Source: Amphiscolops sp. MND2022 (lineage: Eukaryota). From it: 64,000 nt of DNA. Below, piece by piece: positions 1-11,600 of this stretch. Both the position numbers and the translations under genes were made by a program. The notes beneath the pieces were generated by a model that did not search any database, was not told the DNA's origin, and saw only the letters and a program-made list of their open reading frames with translations. Numbering within the stretch: position 1 is the stretch's first letter; each line of letters opens with the position of its first letter. Where the stretch lies: the NCBI GenBank assembly GCA_964187785.1, contig OZ076409.1, positions 7,876,001-7,940,000 of the forward strand. Direction: 5' to 3'.

Positions 1-1998
1 AATCCGAGCCACCACTTTGGAGATACCTTGATGTCCCATGGCGTCATGCGCGCGCAATAAAATCTCATGCTGGTACAGTTGAGGCATGACGATCATGCAC
101 GGACGTTCGTGCAGGGGACGTTGGTTGGGAGGGTATCGTACGCAAAGCACACCATTCTTGTTAATGAACAGGAGAGTTTTCTTCTGACGGTAGTAGTTGC
201 GTGCGAACTCACGCACGTTCTCGGGAAACACGTCATGATCGATGGGTTCGTTTAACACCAACTTTTTGAGTGCTAGCACATGAACATCACGATTTTGGGC
301 TAGAATCAAATCTTTGATACCATGCACGGTGTGAGCATGTTCGTGAAGTTCAGTGTTGATGTCTTTAAGAGCCATAATTGAGTCGCGTACACCCGAGGGA
401 GTACCTTGCAGCGCAACAGGATTCGCCTCAGCCATGGCATAGACGGTACGTGAGGGTACATTTACGGCATGCGTCGGTAATAGATAATCTTCGCGTGCTT
501 CATCAGTCACGTCAATCCAGTCCTCAGGGTAGTCTGGATAGGCATCCTCGTGCGGTTGCAGAGCAAGGGAAGGCGGAGGCGGCAAGGGGGCTGCGAATGC
601 TTTTGCTGGTCTGTCCCTCCTGCTCGCTCGTTTGGTGCGGCGAAGCACGCGTAGCAATTGGTTGGGAGCCTTAGGCTCCAAGTTCTGCAGGTGCGCAGGT
701 AGTTCGGGATGATTCGGGATGACTCGACCCTGAAGGTCGAACCATGGGGCAACAGGTAGTTTATCAATTTCGTCAGCTGAAAGGAAATTCCAGCGTTCGC
801 CCGCTGCTGGCTGCTGTGCAAGCTGTTTCTCTCGGCATCGATACTCGTTGGTTCGTTTGCTCAAGCCATCGGCGTTTCGATGTTGAGTTCTTGGGCGGTG
901 TTCCACGCGAAAGTGATACTTTTCCAGGGTCATAATCCATCGGCCGATTAGCGCTTGATCCGTGGAGTAGGTTTTCAACCAGGACAAGGCTTGGTTATCC
1001 ACCCGCAGGGTGAATTTCCGGGGACATAAATAGCTGTGGTTCTTCACTATGAAATAGTAGGCGGCGAACATTTCAAGTTTGGGAGCTCCGTATTTAGCTT
1101 GCGTGGTAGTGAGCTTCTTGCTACCGTAAACTATCGGTCTCAGGCGTCGTTCACCCGGAGGACCTTGCCACTGGTGCAGGATACCCGAAATGGCGACAGC
1201 ACTAGCGTCTGTGTCCAACACAAACTCTCCTTCGGAATCAGGCTGCGCGAGCGCAGTTGCCTCGATCAGGGCTTTTTTGATCTCATTGAATGCGGTTTGT
1301 TGCTCAGGACCCCAGGCGAAGGTGGCATTCAATCCAGTGACGGCGTGCAGGGGTGCAACCAGCTTAGCGTGCCAAGGGATGAATTCGCGATAATAGTTGG
1401 CGAATCCAAGGAAACTCTGCATCTCTGTCTTGTTACGGGGAATTTCCCAATCGCGCAACTTGACAACGGCTTTCGGGTCGGGCTTCACTCCTTCTGCGGA
1501 AACCACTCGTCCCAAATACTTGATCTCCGATTTCATGAAATCGCATTTGGCCACGCGCATTTTGAAACCGGCTTCACGGAGGCATTCAAAGACTTCACGT
1601 AGGCGTACCATATGGTCTTCCACAGTCTCTGTGGCGATCACGATATCATCAATGTAGGCCATGACCATGCTGCCCTCACGATTGACAATATTCCTTAGCG
1701 CACGCGCTATTGACCGCTGAAACGTGGCAGATGCATTGCACATACCAAATGGCATTCGCCGCCACTCAAAAAGTCCTAGTTCACAAGCAAAAGCGGTTTT
1801 GTGGCGATCCGCCTTCCGCACAGGAATTTGCCAAAAGGCCCAAGCAAGGTCTATGCTGGTATAAATCTTCGCTTTGCCTAGCCGTGCCAGGCTTTCATCA
1901 ATACGGGGCAAGGGATAGGCATCCTTAATGGTTACCTCATTTAACGGGCGGAAGTCGCAGCAAAAGCGCAACTCCCCGTTTTTCTTTTTCACCATTAC
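1..1998 (-). CDS. pol: Pol fragment: reverse transcriptase, RNase H, N-terminus of integrase (runs off window edge, so absent from ORF track)
   Basis: Manual translation: VMVKKKNGELRFCCDFRPLN...DAYPLP...MPFGMCNA...AYIDDIVI (YIDD 1656-1645)...LDTDASAVAISGIL...VDNQAL...HRNADGLSK...LLRAHDAMGHQGISKVVARI. Confidence 0.93.
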
Positions 1999-2535
1999 AC
2001 TGTAATGGTGAAAAAGAAAAACGGGGAGTTGCGCTAGCGCCTGCGAGTCTCTCCGTAACCTCCTCGATGAATTTGATGAGCTATTCATGAAACACAAAGC
2101 GGACATCGGTCGGTGCACTATCGCTAAGCACACCGTGGAGGTGGAACCAGGGGCTGTACCGCATCGCGAAGGTGCTCGCCGGATGTCCCCTGAGAAGGCC
2201 GAACGTGCCAATCAGGAGGTGCGGAACCTCTTAGCTCTGGGAATGATACAGCCCTCGCTGTCCCCTTGGGCGAGCGGCATTGGCAATGCCGCTCGCCCAA
2301 GGGGACAGCGAGGGCTGTATCATTCCCAGAGCTAAGAGGTTCCGCACCTCCTGATTGGCACGTTCGGCCTTCTCAGGGGACATCCGGCGAGCACCTTCGC
2401 GATGCGGTACAGCCCCTGGTTCCACCTCCACGGTGTGCTTAGCGATAGTGCACCGACCGATGTCCGCTTTGTGTTTCATGAATAGCTCATCAAATTCATC
2501 GAGGAGGTTACGGAGAGACTCGCAGGCGCTAGCGC
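1966..2535. repeat. Two adjacent perfect fold-back palindromes (34-bp arms centred on 2000; 252-bp arms centred on 2283) interrupting pol
   Basis: 1966-1999 is the reverse complement of 2001-2034, and 2031-2282 of 2284-2535. The ORF track shows the same peptide (MKHKADIGRCT...) on both strands. Confidence 0.95.
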
Positions 2536-4326
2536 CCCATAAATCCTTGACCGCCTTGAGCTGAGATTCTGGCCCAGGAATCGGAGCCATTAGCTCTGGG
2601 TCTGTTCGCTTGCGAATCTCGCGCTCCGATAGTCCTGCCTCGCTAGGGTCAGTAGAGGACAAAAACTCAAATTCTGAAGAAGAGGTTAACTCAGAAGCAG
2701 TGGATAGATTCACTTCACTATAAATTTTATGAACAAAATTTGCACGACTGTCGTCGGCGTCAGTTTTTGTGCGGGTTGTAGTGGGAGAGTCCAAACATTG
2801 AGGTACTGCTTGGTATACTACCGTTATGGGTACTACGGTGCCCAGTTGTACACCACACCGCATGCGTTGAGGGTTGCTGGTGAGATTTATCAGGCTCACA
2901 AAGAGTGTTCCTGTCTCACTGACAGTGGCCACGCTGTCCTCTAAAAAGACGACATTGTGCAACGTAGTGTCAGACAAAGAGGCATTGAGCGCTACGCTTT
3001 GAAAAATCAGCGGCTCTAGTGCATTGGTGACGAGCTTGGCTCTAGCCACCGCTCGTTCGAAAGGTTGCAGGACCAAGTCACTGTCCAAAACGACTGGAGT
3101 AGCTATTGAAGTGTCACCTACCTGTGCGTGAGCATGATGCCACACAGGCTTCACTGGTGCTCGCACCACAATCTTCATAGATGTTAGATCCACTAACACC
3201 TGGTACGAGCGAAGGAAGTTCCGGCCAAGTAGGAAGTCTTCCACACCCATTGCGTCATCTACCACCACAAAGTTCGTTTCAAGTTCGTATCCTCCCAGCT
3301 GGAAATGGATATGTTCTGCGAGGCCGTAGGTCTTTATTGTCTTCCCGTTGGCTGCGTACAGGTCAACTTGGTAGGGCTTAAGGACCGTTCCGGTTCGAGC
3401 GGCCACTCTATTAAAGGCGGAAAACGTCAGTATGGAGACGCCCGAGCCAGTGTCCACCAGTCCTCGCAGCGGGATAGGTGCTGCATGAGGCACCACGAAA
3501 GAGACCACGAGCGACGCACGCTCATCTATACGCGCTTCACCGGTGGGCTCCTGATGATTGATGTTATAGCATTTGAGCTCCTGGGGACCCAGACAAATGC
3601 CAGGGGGAAATACATCCACCACCACACAGGCTTCGAATTTCATATCCACTCCATCCATTGAAGCACAGACTGGCACTGGGGAATATGTTGTCAGAGTCGC
3701 AGACTCTCCCGGAGCGTACCATTCTTTCGGTCGAGGCAACTCGTTTCGTTTGTAGAGGATAGACAATTCGACCCATAGCTTCGCCAGAGTTAGCGTCGGC
3801 CTACGTGTTTGCTCAGCCGCCAGCAACAGGTGAATTGAAATCAGCGTACGTCCTTGCGGATCGAACGTTGTGGGTTCCAAGCAGGTCTGAACCTGCTTAG
3901 CACCACAAGTGAACGTCATCGGAGTGTGGAACGCAGGCGGTTCCGCTGGATGTAGCATCAACACGCGGTCATCCTCCAAAGGTACGGTGTGCGCTGCGAT
4001 GCCAGCTGATTCGACCTCAGCCCATCGATTGTAGGCTAACTCGTCACTGGGCTTTGGCGCATGGGAGTGCTCGCCACATTGCACTTCCGCCTGATCGAAA
4101 AGTCCACAGCTCGTGCATTGATAGATCCCCGGATGACCTTCAAGGATACCATCGGTCGTGTCTTCCGTGGTCACCTTTACGCCCTCTGGTTCGGAGGCAG
4201 TCATTGGTTTTCGGGCCTGGTCGCGATTGGGGCACTCGCGAGCAAAATGTCCGTTTTGCCCACAGTGAAAACAAGCACCTACCGGCGCTCGGGCGGGCGC
4301 TGGGACAGCGGGAGCTGGGACATTCT
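2284..4326 (-). CDS. pol: Gag-Pol middle: CCHC zinc knuckle, degenerate protease-like domain, aspartic protease, dUTPase-like domain, start of RT
   Basis: Frame of ORF 2231-4204 extends upstream to QNVPAP...GACFHCGQNGHFARECP. Contains LVDTGSGVSIL...FLLGRNFL (retropepsin), VLQPFERAV...VSLINLTSNPQRMRCGVQLG, and SPWASGI at the start of RT. Confidence 0.88.
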
Positions 4327-6230
4327 GGGGGGGGGGGCGCCGGAGGTGGCAGGACGCCCTGCGGCATAACCATCTTGTTCGGCGGCAGTGGTGCGAAAGG
4401 ATGAGGTCTAGACCTCATGGCTAATCGGGGATCATAGGGTTGTTGAGGTTGGGTGGGTCTGGGACGATTTCGTTGCAGCTGACGTGTGGTAAATCGCAAG
4501 GACTCCACGGTAGGGGGTTCGGTAAGAAAAGTCTCCGAGGCGTACACTATGGCAAGTTCACGCCTCAACACTGGATCTCGCACACCTTCCATGAAGCGTT
4601 GCAAGATTTCATAGCGTTTGGTAATGATACTTTCTTGCGGGAATCCTTGGCTCCTGAGACCCTCTAAAGCGTCTAAGTACTGCATCCAGTCCTCTTTTTC
4701 TTGTTGGACGCGGCTTTGGAAGGTCTGCCGCACCTGCATACGATTTCCTCCCGCGCCAAATCGGCTAGATAGCAACTCGAACACCTTCTCGGGGGTGTCA
4801 CGTTCAGACTCAGCCTTGTTGATGATGTAGTTGCGAGCCTCACCCTCTAGGTGACCGATAATGCTCCAGGCCCGATCTTCGGCCGAGATTTTGGTTTGGA
4901 CTCTTTTCAAGTATCGCTGCATCACTAAAATCCAGCCATCAATAGACCCGTCCTTAGAGCCTCGATACACGCTGGGTTTGGTTTGAGCCAGGTCACGTCC
5001 CGCAAGCAACGGTGCTAGTTCTTTGGACATTGCTTTGGAAATGGCGGCAGTGAACCTCAATTGCTCGGGAGAAATGACTTCAGCCTCTCCTTCCTTGGGT
5101 GCCATTTCATCAGTACCGTCGTCACTGCCATGCGTAGCTTGCACTGAGAGGTTCGCCACGTCTTCTTTCTTGCGAGTGCTACTCGCACAAGGAGCGCCCG
5201 AGGGCATTCCATCCTCGGCTGTCCAGTCGGCGGTCAGATATAGGGAGTCCGTTCCAGAAGCCATGGTAGGGGCCGTCGCATACGCAGCTCCATCAGTCTG
5301 GGACCCCAGTGTGGCCTTAGTACAGGATAAATCAACTTCGGTGGAAGTATCTAGATAGATAGGTGACATTGGGTCCACACCTTGGTCCCGGGTGGCACTT
5401 CGAACTACGGAGGAGGTTATTTGACTCATCGACGAGGAGTCGTGGGGCCCTCTTACCTGCACCCGTGCAGGTTTACGCTCCACATCAGCCATGATGAGTA
5501 CGGGATCCTTGGCTCGGGTTTCAGGCGTCGTCGACTTGGAGGTGCTAGGCTTCAATGCACTCGCCAACTCGGGTTTTGTTGCCCGACCCGGGTGCGATGA
5601 TTCCGGAATCTTAATTGAATCCGCGACCGGCACACCTTCAGTGGCACCAGATTGTCGTGGGAGGGATCTTTCGCGCCTCATGATGTTGATAGCATTGAGC
5701 ACAGTGTGCATTTGGTTACTCAAATCATTGATCTGGGTTTCCACACGGAGTTCACGGGCCATCAAAAGGTCATTCATCTCACCCATTCTGTGGCCTAGTG
5801 CATCTACGCGAGCACTCTGCGTGTTCTGCGCGGTTCGCAGTTGATCACTGACCTGCAATCCTTCTCGCATCGTTGACTGCAATGTTCTCATATTTTCAGC
5901 GATGGCACGATGTTGGTCATTGCACCCAGCACGAGTGCTATCCAGTTCAGCTAAGGCACGTTGGGTCTCGGCTTGGGCTTCCAATATTGCGGCTTTATAC
6001 ACCGAAGATCGTTGGGACGATGCCACTGAACCTGCCACGCTCCTCGTACGAGGCACCTCAACTTGACGTTCACCTACATTTATCATGGGTGGTCGCACTT
6101 TCTTGTGTTTGCCATAGGCACAAACTCTAGTGTTACCTCGAGTGACTCCAGACCCTTGCGGTCTCGCACAACTCGCGTTCTCCGTGTAGGTAAGATCCTC
6201 GTCCACCGTGATCTGTAGGCGGGAGCTCAT
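4140..6230 (-). CDS. gag: Gag (coiled-coil plus retrotransposon capsid); the C-terminal knuckle lies in another frame after the G11 run at 4327-4337
   Basis: 696-aa ORF with PSVYRGSKDGSIDGWILVMQRYL...HLEGEARNYI...FQSRVQQEKEDW...FMEGVRDP, typical gypsy capsid motifs. Confidence 0.88.
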   Translation of the reverse strand: MSSRLQITVDEDLTYTENASCARPQGSGVTRGNTRVCAYGKHKKVRPPMINVGERQVEVPRTRSVAGSVASSQRSSVYKAAILEAQAETQRALAELDSTRAGCNDQHRAIAENMRTLQSTMREGLQVSDQLRTAQNTQSARVDALGHRMGEMNDLLMARELRVETQINDLSNQMHTVLNAINIMRRERSLPRQSGATEGVPVADSIKIPESSHPGRATKPELASALKPSTSKSTTPETRAKDPVLIMADVERKPARVQVRGPHDSSSMSQITSSVVRSATRDQGVDPMSPIYLDTSTEVDLSCTKATLGSQTDGAAYATAPTMASGTDSLYLTADWTAEDGMPSGAPCASSTRKKEDVANLSVQATHGSDDGTDEMAPKEGEAEVISPEQLRFTAAISKAMSKELAPLLAGRDLAQTKPSVYRGSKDGSIDGWILVMQRYLKRVQTKISAEDRAWSIIGHLEGEARNYIINKAESERDTPEKVFELLSSRFGAGGNRMQVRQTFQSRVQQEKEDWMQYLDALEGLRSQGFPQESIITKRYEILQRFMEGVRDPVLRRELAIVYASETFLTEPPTVESLRFTTRQLQRNRPRPTQPQQPYDPRLAMRSRPHPFAPLPPNKMVMPQGVLPPPAPPPPECPSSRCPSARPSAGRCLFSLWAKRTFCSRVPQSRPGPKTNDCLRTRGRKGDHGRHDRWYP

Positions 6231-6238
6231 CTTTTCTC

Positions 6239-6583
6239 CTAGGGGTGCGCGAGAGCACCCTTCCTCAGCTGCAAGTTCGTTGGTCGCGTTCGAGTTGGGC
6301 CACTCCTCTTCTGCTTCTTTGGCTCTTTCACGACAGGTTTCTTCGACCCATTGCTCGGTTCGACGAGAGCTCCCAGATGCAACGGAACCCTCAGAGGGGG
6401 GACCATGGCGGCCAATTCCTCCTTGCGTTGTTGCTCGATAGTGACTTCGTCAGACATTTCGTCTGAAAAATGCGAACCGTCCATTGTGGATCCTATGGTC
6501 ACCCATGACTGCGAACTCATGTCAAGCTTTTCCAGGCCTGGTAGGACCATTACACACGATGCCAATGACAGAGCAGGTGTCAA
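6239..6583 (-). CDS. Small ORF immediately upstream of gag, unknown function
   Basis: 114-aa ORF in the GC-rich part of the element, ending 8 nt before the gag ATG in a different frame. No recognisable domain. Confidence 0.25.
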   Translation of the reverse strand: MTPALSLASCVMVLPGLEKLDMSSQSWVTIGSTMDGSHFSDEMSDEVTIEQQRKEELAAMVPPLRVPLHLGALVEPSNGSKKPVVKEPKKQKRSGPTRTRPTNLQLRKGALAHP

Positions 6584-7777
6584 CGATTCGGACGTAGCCT
6601 TTAAAGAAGTCTCGAGGAACGCGGGATTGGTCGAGTCGCGGTTAGCTCTAGGCTCGTCTCGGTGTGGACTTAAGAAATTTGACTGTTTCGCAACGTCCCA
6701 AATTTCTCGAAATACGTTTTAAGGCTCGTAGGCTGTTCAAACTTGCACAGCGTTTTCCCACAAGCACACTGGGCCAGAAAATCAACCTGGTTTAGGGCAA
6801 AAAGTCTCCAGTCACTCACAGGAAGATTTTCAAAGAATTTTTGGATTTTCCAAAAATCGCACAACAACACTCAAGAGGCTCGTGTGTGCGCTGGAAGCGC
6901 TGTATCAAGCCCAAATTTGACCAGCGGATCTTGGGTACGCGTAGGTTTACGAAAATGAACACAGTTTTGAGCTGCGCCCCTTCTACACAGTTTCACCTAG
7001 GTACAGACGTGCGGTACCACTATGTACCGAAATACACTGTTTTTCACGTCTTTTTCAAGATTGCGGTCCACTGGAAAAAGCTAGCGAGCTCAAATTCTCT
7101 GCAGCAACGTAGGAACTAGCACAGGTTACGATGGTGGGCTGCAATATAGCCCCACCCGTCGGCTAAGGTGCCCGGGTTACTCGGAAAATATAAGAAAAAA
7201 CTGCCTTTTTGGACACCTTTTTGGGTGCCACGTTTTTCCTATTTTCTCAACAAGTATCACACGGATCAGCACCAAACTTGGTAGTCTATGCCTATGGGCA
7301 CCTATAATGCCACTAATTTGGTCGAATTGAAGCGCGAGCGCTTATTTGGGGTTTCGACCTACTACGTACGTTGTACACAAAAAAACACTGTTTTTGACGA
7401 CTTTTTTCACAAATTGACGAAGAGGATCACCTCAGAAAGTGATACGGCGGGCAAAATGGGACCAACGTGTCGCCCCACTATCCGTAGCACTGGGATAAAC
7501 CCTCAATTGGTTGTGCCCGTTAGGTATAAGGCACCGACAGTCCTGCAGTTTTGGATCTTTTCGGCTTTTTCAGCCTCTCTGGAATCAAAACGTCAGAGAG
7601 CTTTTCTCGACTTTGGGGAGCGATACGCCCACCAAATTTTCGGCACTAACGTTAAATTTTGTGGTGGTTACGAAAATGCAACCACTTTTTGGCTAGGGTT
7701 CAGGAATCGATGACCCGACCCTAGCTCAGAGACAGTCCGGTTTTGTGGAAAATTGATCAAATTCAGTGCGTTTTTAC

Positions 7778-8043
7778 ACTTTTCTCAGCACTGAAAAGGA
7801 ATTTTTGCACGCGGTTTTCACTACAATGCGTGGTTTTTACTATAGAAACAGAAAACGAGAGCACGAAAGCTCCTGACTAACAAAAAGACAGAGTGCCCAG
7901 GGGGTTTTTATTGTGTGCTAGGACACTCCTGAAACTAACTAAAATTTTAGGTTTTTCAACTTTTCTCAACACTGAAAAGGAATTTTTGCACGCGGTTTTC
8001 ACCACAATGCGCTATTTTTATTGCAAAAACAGAAAATAAGAGC
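7778..8043. repeat. Degenerate direct repeat (~85-bp conserved block, 181-bp period) in gypsy 5' leader
   Basis: ACTTTTCTCARCACTGAAAAGGAATTTTTGCACGCGGTTTTCACYACAATGCG at 7778 and 7959. Confidence 0.85.
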
Positions 8044-9219
8044 GTTCAGACTCGCTCTGGTCCACTAAGCTTCACTCTCAAGACTTTCAGACAATGCACT
8101 TTCTATGCCTAAAAACACCTTGAATTACCGGTTTTTTTGCACCGTGTCAGCCCCAGGCTGCCTGAATCCGCTGTAAAAGTTACAGTAAGTGTCCTGTGGG
8201 TTTACTACGCTTGACAAAACACCGTACACTGCTTTTTCACACTTCTACGCAAGTGTACGCCTGTGTTTCTGGGTGCCATTTTGGTCAAAATTCCATTTTT
8301 TTGCAATTTTCTGGTGCTAGATCGGCACCTTTATCACAACCAAAGGCAAAATTGCGGCCTTCTGTGCCTCGTACTAGCTTTCTCGAGCCTTGCAGCTGCT
8401 TTTTACAACACTTTTCACGAAGTTTTCCTGGTTCCGCTGAGCACAAGTGCTCAAAACCACGAAAAACACGAAAAAACGCAAAATCAGGGTTTTTTCACGC
8501 AAGTGCTATCTTTTTTGCAGAAAAGCACTTCGTAGGGTGTCGTTACATCTACAATAAAACATTACTGACCTGCACCAACGATTCCCCGTCGAAAAAGGTG
8601 CATTTTCAAAATTTTCACCGACCATGAGCCATTTGAGCGACGCGTCCGGTCACAGGGGGTGCACCTTCACCACGCTTTTTCTCCACATCCAGATAGAGAT
8701 ACGCGGTTTGGACCATTAGCATCGTCTGCAATTGCACTTGCTGTCCACCAAAAACCATACCTCTAGGACGTCTCCACGAGAAATGGGAGTAGAAAGTAGG
8801 CAACACACAATTTGACTTCCCCTTCGCCTCGCTGGTTCATGGTCAGCCATCCACCAGTTACCTTCTTGCATGGCATAAAATGGCTGAAAATAGCTTGCAA
8901 AACCTGTTAAACACCCGTAGCCACGTGCTACGGTCTTCAGCACCTGCAAAAAGATACCCGCTGATGGGCACACAACACATCACACAAAAATATCGATTTC
9001 CTTCCAAAACACCTAAAAATACCATTTTCGCACCTGAAAACGTGATTTTTTTCGGGTTTTCTCTGGTTCAACGCCTCTCCCAGTTCCAGTAGAATGTCAC
9101 ACGACTAAAAAAGGGTAAAACTCTGCTTCTCTCTCCTTTTCCAGAGTCGAAACGGGCTTGGCGCTGATTACCAGGGGGCCAGATCTTTTAAAAACCGCTA
9201 GGGAAAGCTTCCCAAGACG

Positions 9220-9237
9220 ATCCCTCTGTGGTCGCCA
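9220..9237 (-). promoter_or_regulatory. Primer-binding site (tRNA-Arg-like)
   Basis: Minus strand TGGCGACCACAGAGGGAT, complementary to a tRNA 3' end ...TCCCTCTGTGGTCG-CCA resembling animal tRNA-Arg(TCG); lies 15 nt from the LTR end. Confidence 0.7.
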
Positions 9238-9252
9238 AAAAATGAGGTTCTA

Positions 9253-9966
9253 TGTAACGATAAGCGCTGGCGCTTGAACCGCAACGTAGAGTGGAGGAAC
9301 TAGAACAGCGAATATAATCCGGGACTTAGATCTCCGCGGCCCTAGCTCATTTTCCCTCCGAAGGAGCCAGTCCCAAGGTGGGGGAACCGTCTTGTTGGAA
9401 ACTCTCTGGCCTGGTCCTAGTCTGTAACTGCTAAAAGTAACGGGCATCTTGCATGTCTCAAGACCACTGCTCAATTAGCCTTTAAAAAGGGGGCTGAAAA
9501 CAGGAGGATGTTGAGCCATAGTATTGGAGAATCTGATAAAATCGACATCAAAAGGGGGTAACTACAGATGTAAATGGGCAGCTCTCGAGCATATCAATCT
9601 ACTACAACAAGGAAAGCACAACAAGCATAACAGTATCAGAAGTTTGAGTTATTTAACAGGAGCGAATCGACCATGGCTTCCCAGCGCTAGCGCTCGTCAC
9701 CGCACCGGACACCGCAGGATCTTCAGGCGAGCATCTGGAACATCGGTTTCTGTTACCTACGTAGTGTAAACGCCAAAGATGGGCACATCACCGTGTTCTG
9801 GGGACTGATTTCTACGTCTTCTCCTCTCGTCGTCTCTCGCGGGGGCGATTTCTGATTTCTGATCTGCTTTTCTGACAGGTCTTTCGTCTGGAGCATGTTT
9901 GAGTGCCACGTCAGATTTGAACGAATTTTTGCTTCGAAAATTTTGACATGGGCAGTTGCCGTTACA
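9253..9966 (-). repeat. 5' LTR of gypsy element (714 bp)
   Basis: Perfect 7-bp terminal inverted repeats TGTAACG...CGTTACA, adjacent to the PBS. Partner LTR is outside the window. Confidence 0.8.
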
Positions 9967-11220
9967 ATTCAGTATGCATCCGTTGGTAAATCTTGTAGAA
10001 TTACACTGCATTCTCCACTACTGCAATTAAATTTGAAAATATTTTCCTCTTCTTTATGGACATGATCACGTTTTATTCACACATTAATTTCTCAACTACT
10101 CATCTGATTTAACCACCGCTTCTCAAATAGGACGCTGAAGATGACGCTAGTTTGCTGTTTACATTGTGAATGAAATTAAATTGCATTGAAATGGCGGCAA
10201 AATTGTGAACGTCTCAGATGCATTTAAAATTAGAACTGATGCATAATAAAACTCGCAGAACTTCACGGCTTGAAATTGCCGCCAAAACTTTGATGATTCT
10301 TTAAAGCAGCTTGATAAAAGTTGATGACAACAGGGAAATAATAACGCATTGAAGTTTCCGTAAGAGATTTAGAAAATCATTGAAAAAGTTGCTGGCAACT
10401 TTAAAGAACATATAAAAAATCCAAGCAAGTTCAACAAGGGAGGTTCGGTGACAGTGCAATTGGCCGACCGTTCAACTGGCCGACTGAGCAATTAGCCGAC
10501 CCGATCGAATATGATTGGATATCAGTGAAAACATTCCCAATTTCGTTATGCAAACATGATTCGCATCGAATCAAAAGTTTGATCTGTATAAAATGATTGT
10601 TACAATATTTGATATATCGGACATTAATGAAGACGTTTGATGTTTTTTACTCGTGAGGATGCTGAAAAGTCAATTGATAATTTTTTGGATAAGTTTCGTT
10701 TCTTAATGAACGTATTTACTTTCTCTTGAATTGATGTATATAACTACTCGTTACGTCATTTCCAATCAGGGTTGTACAAAAAAATAATTTATTTAAAAAA
10801 AAATAAATGAATAAAATAAAATAATTTATTTTTCATGCTAAACCTAGAACAAATTATTTCCGTTTGAGCAAATATGTTGTAAAGCGGCACGGGAATAATT
10901 TACCAGTACATTATGTACCTGTATTGAATAATTGTTCCTCTGAATACAATTGAATACAATTAATCGCTCAATATGTATTCTCTGACTATCGGAAGCGTTT
11001 CTGCTTATCAATTTTGAAGCGCCTATTTTTCTAATGATGAACAAAACATTTTGGGATATCAAACACGTTGCGTCTCTGTGCCAGTAATTTTTTGTGTGAA
11101 AAATAATTCAATTCGGGCATCAATAATTTTTCTCTGAGGTGAAAATGTGGGGATAATTAATTGTGATGTCGAATGATTATTTAAATGAATAATTGACACC
11201 CCTGTTTGCAATTGCTTCGT

Positions 11221-11600
11221 CGGCCATTTTTCGACTTCTTATGCAATCGTGACGTTTTTTCCCGACCTTTCAATGAAAATTTCCAATTTCTCAAAATCTG
11301 TCCGTACGATTTTTATGAAGTTTTACACAGTCTTTCTGCACCCAAAGGTGCTCCTGCGTAGGGAATGACATCAAAATCATATGACTAGGATCCGAGAGAC
11401 ATAGCCAAATTCAGTCCTAAAATGACCATAAAACGGCCATTTTTTGTTTTTTCAAAAACTGTCGTGTCCATAGGATTCGAAAGAAAATTTCTACAGTCAT
11501 TCTAAACCATATTGGGGTCCTATGTGTGCAATGACCTCAAAATCGTATGACTGGAATCGTCTTAGAAAAATAGCCAAAATCAGTCCGAAAATGACCAAAT
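11221..11600. repeat. Two degenerate tandem copies of a ~200-bp unit
   Basis: CGGCCATTTTT...TCAAAATCRTATGACT...ATAGCCAAA...CAGTCC...AAAATGACCA repeated. Confidence 0.7.

Larger units (their letters stand above)
1..9966 (-). mobile_element. Ty3/gypsy LTR retrotransposon, truncated by left window edge
   Basis: Minus-strand order: LTR (9253-9966), PBS, long leader, gag, CCHC knuckle, protease, RT (YIDD), RNase H, start of integrase HHCC. RT-RH-IN is the gypsy order. Confidence 0.95.

Noticed and set aside
1036..1602. Plus-strand ORFs over the gypsy pol/gag (188 aa here and others to ~6700)
   Set aside because: Antisense shadows of the minus-strand coding region.
2087..2335. Separate plus-strand gene
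   Set aside because: It is the inverted copy of pol within the palindrome.
1..9966. This gypsy element as the direct helper of the gag-only element
   Set aside because: Different LTR sequence and length and a different PBS tRNA; only generic Gag knuckle similarity.
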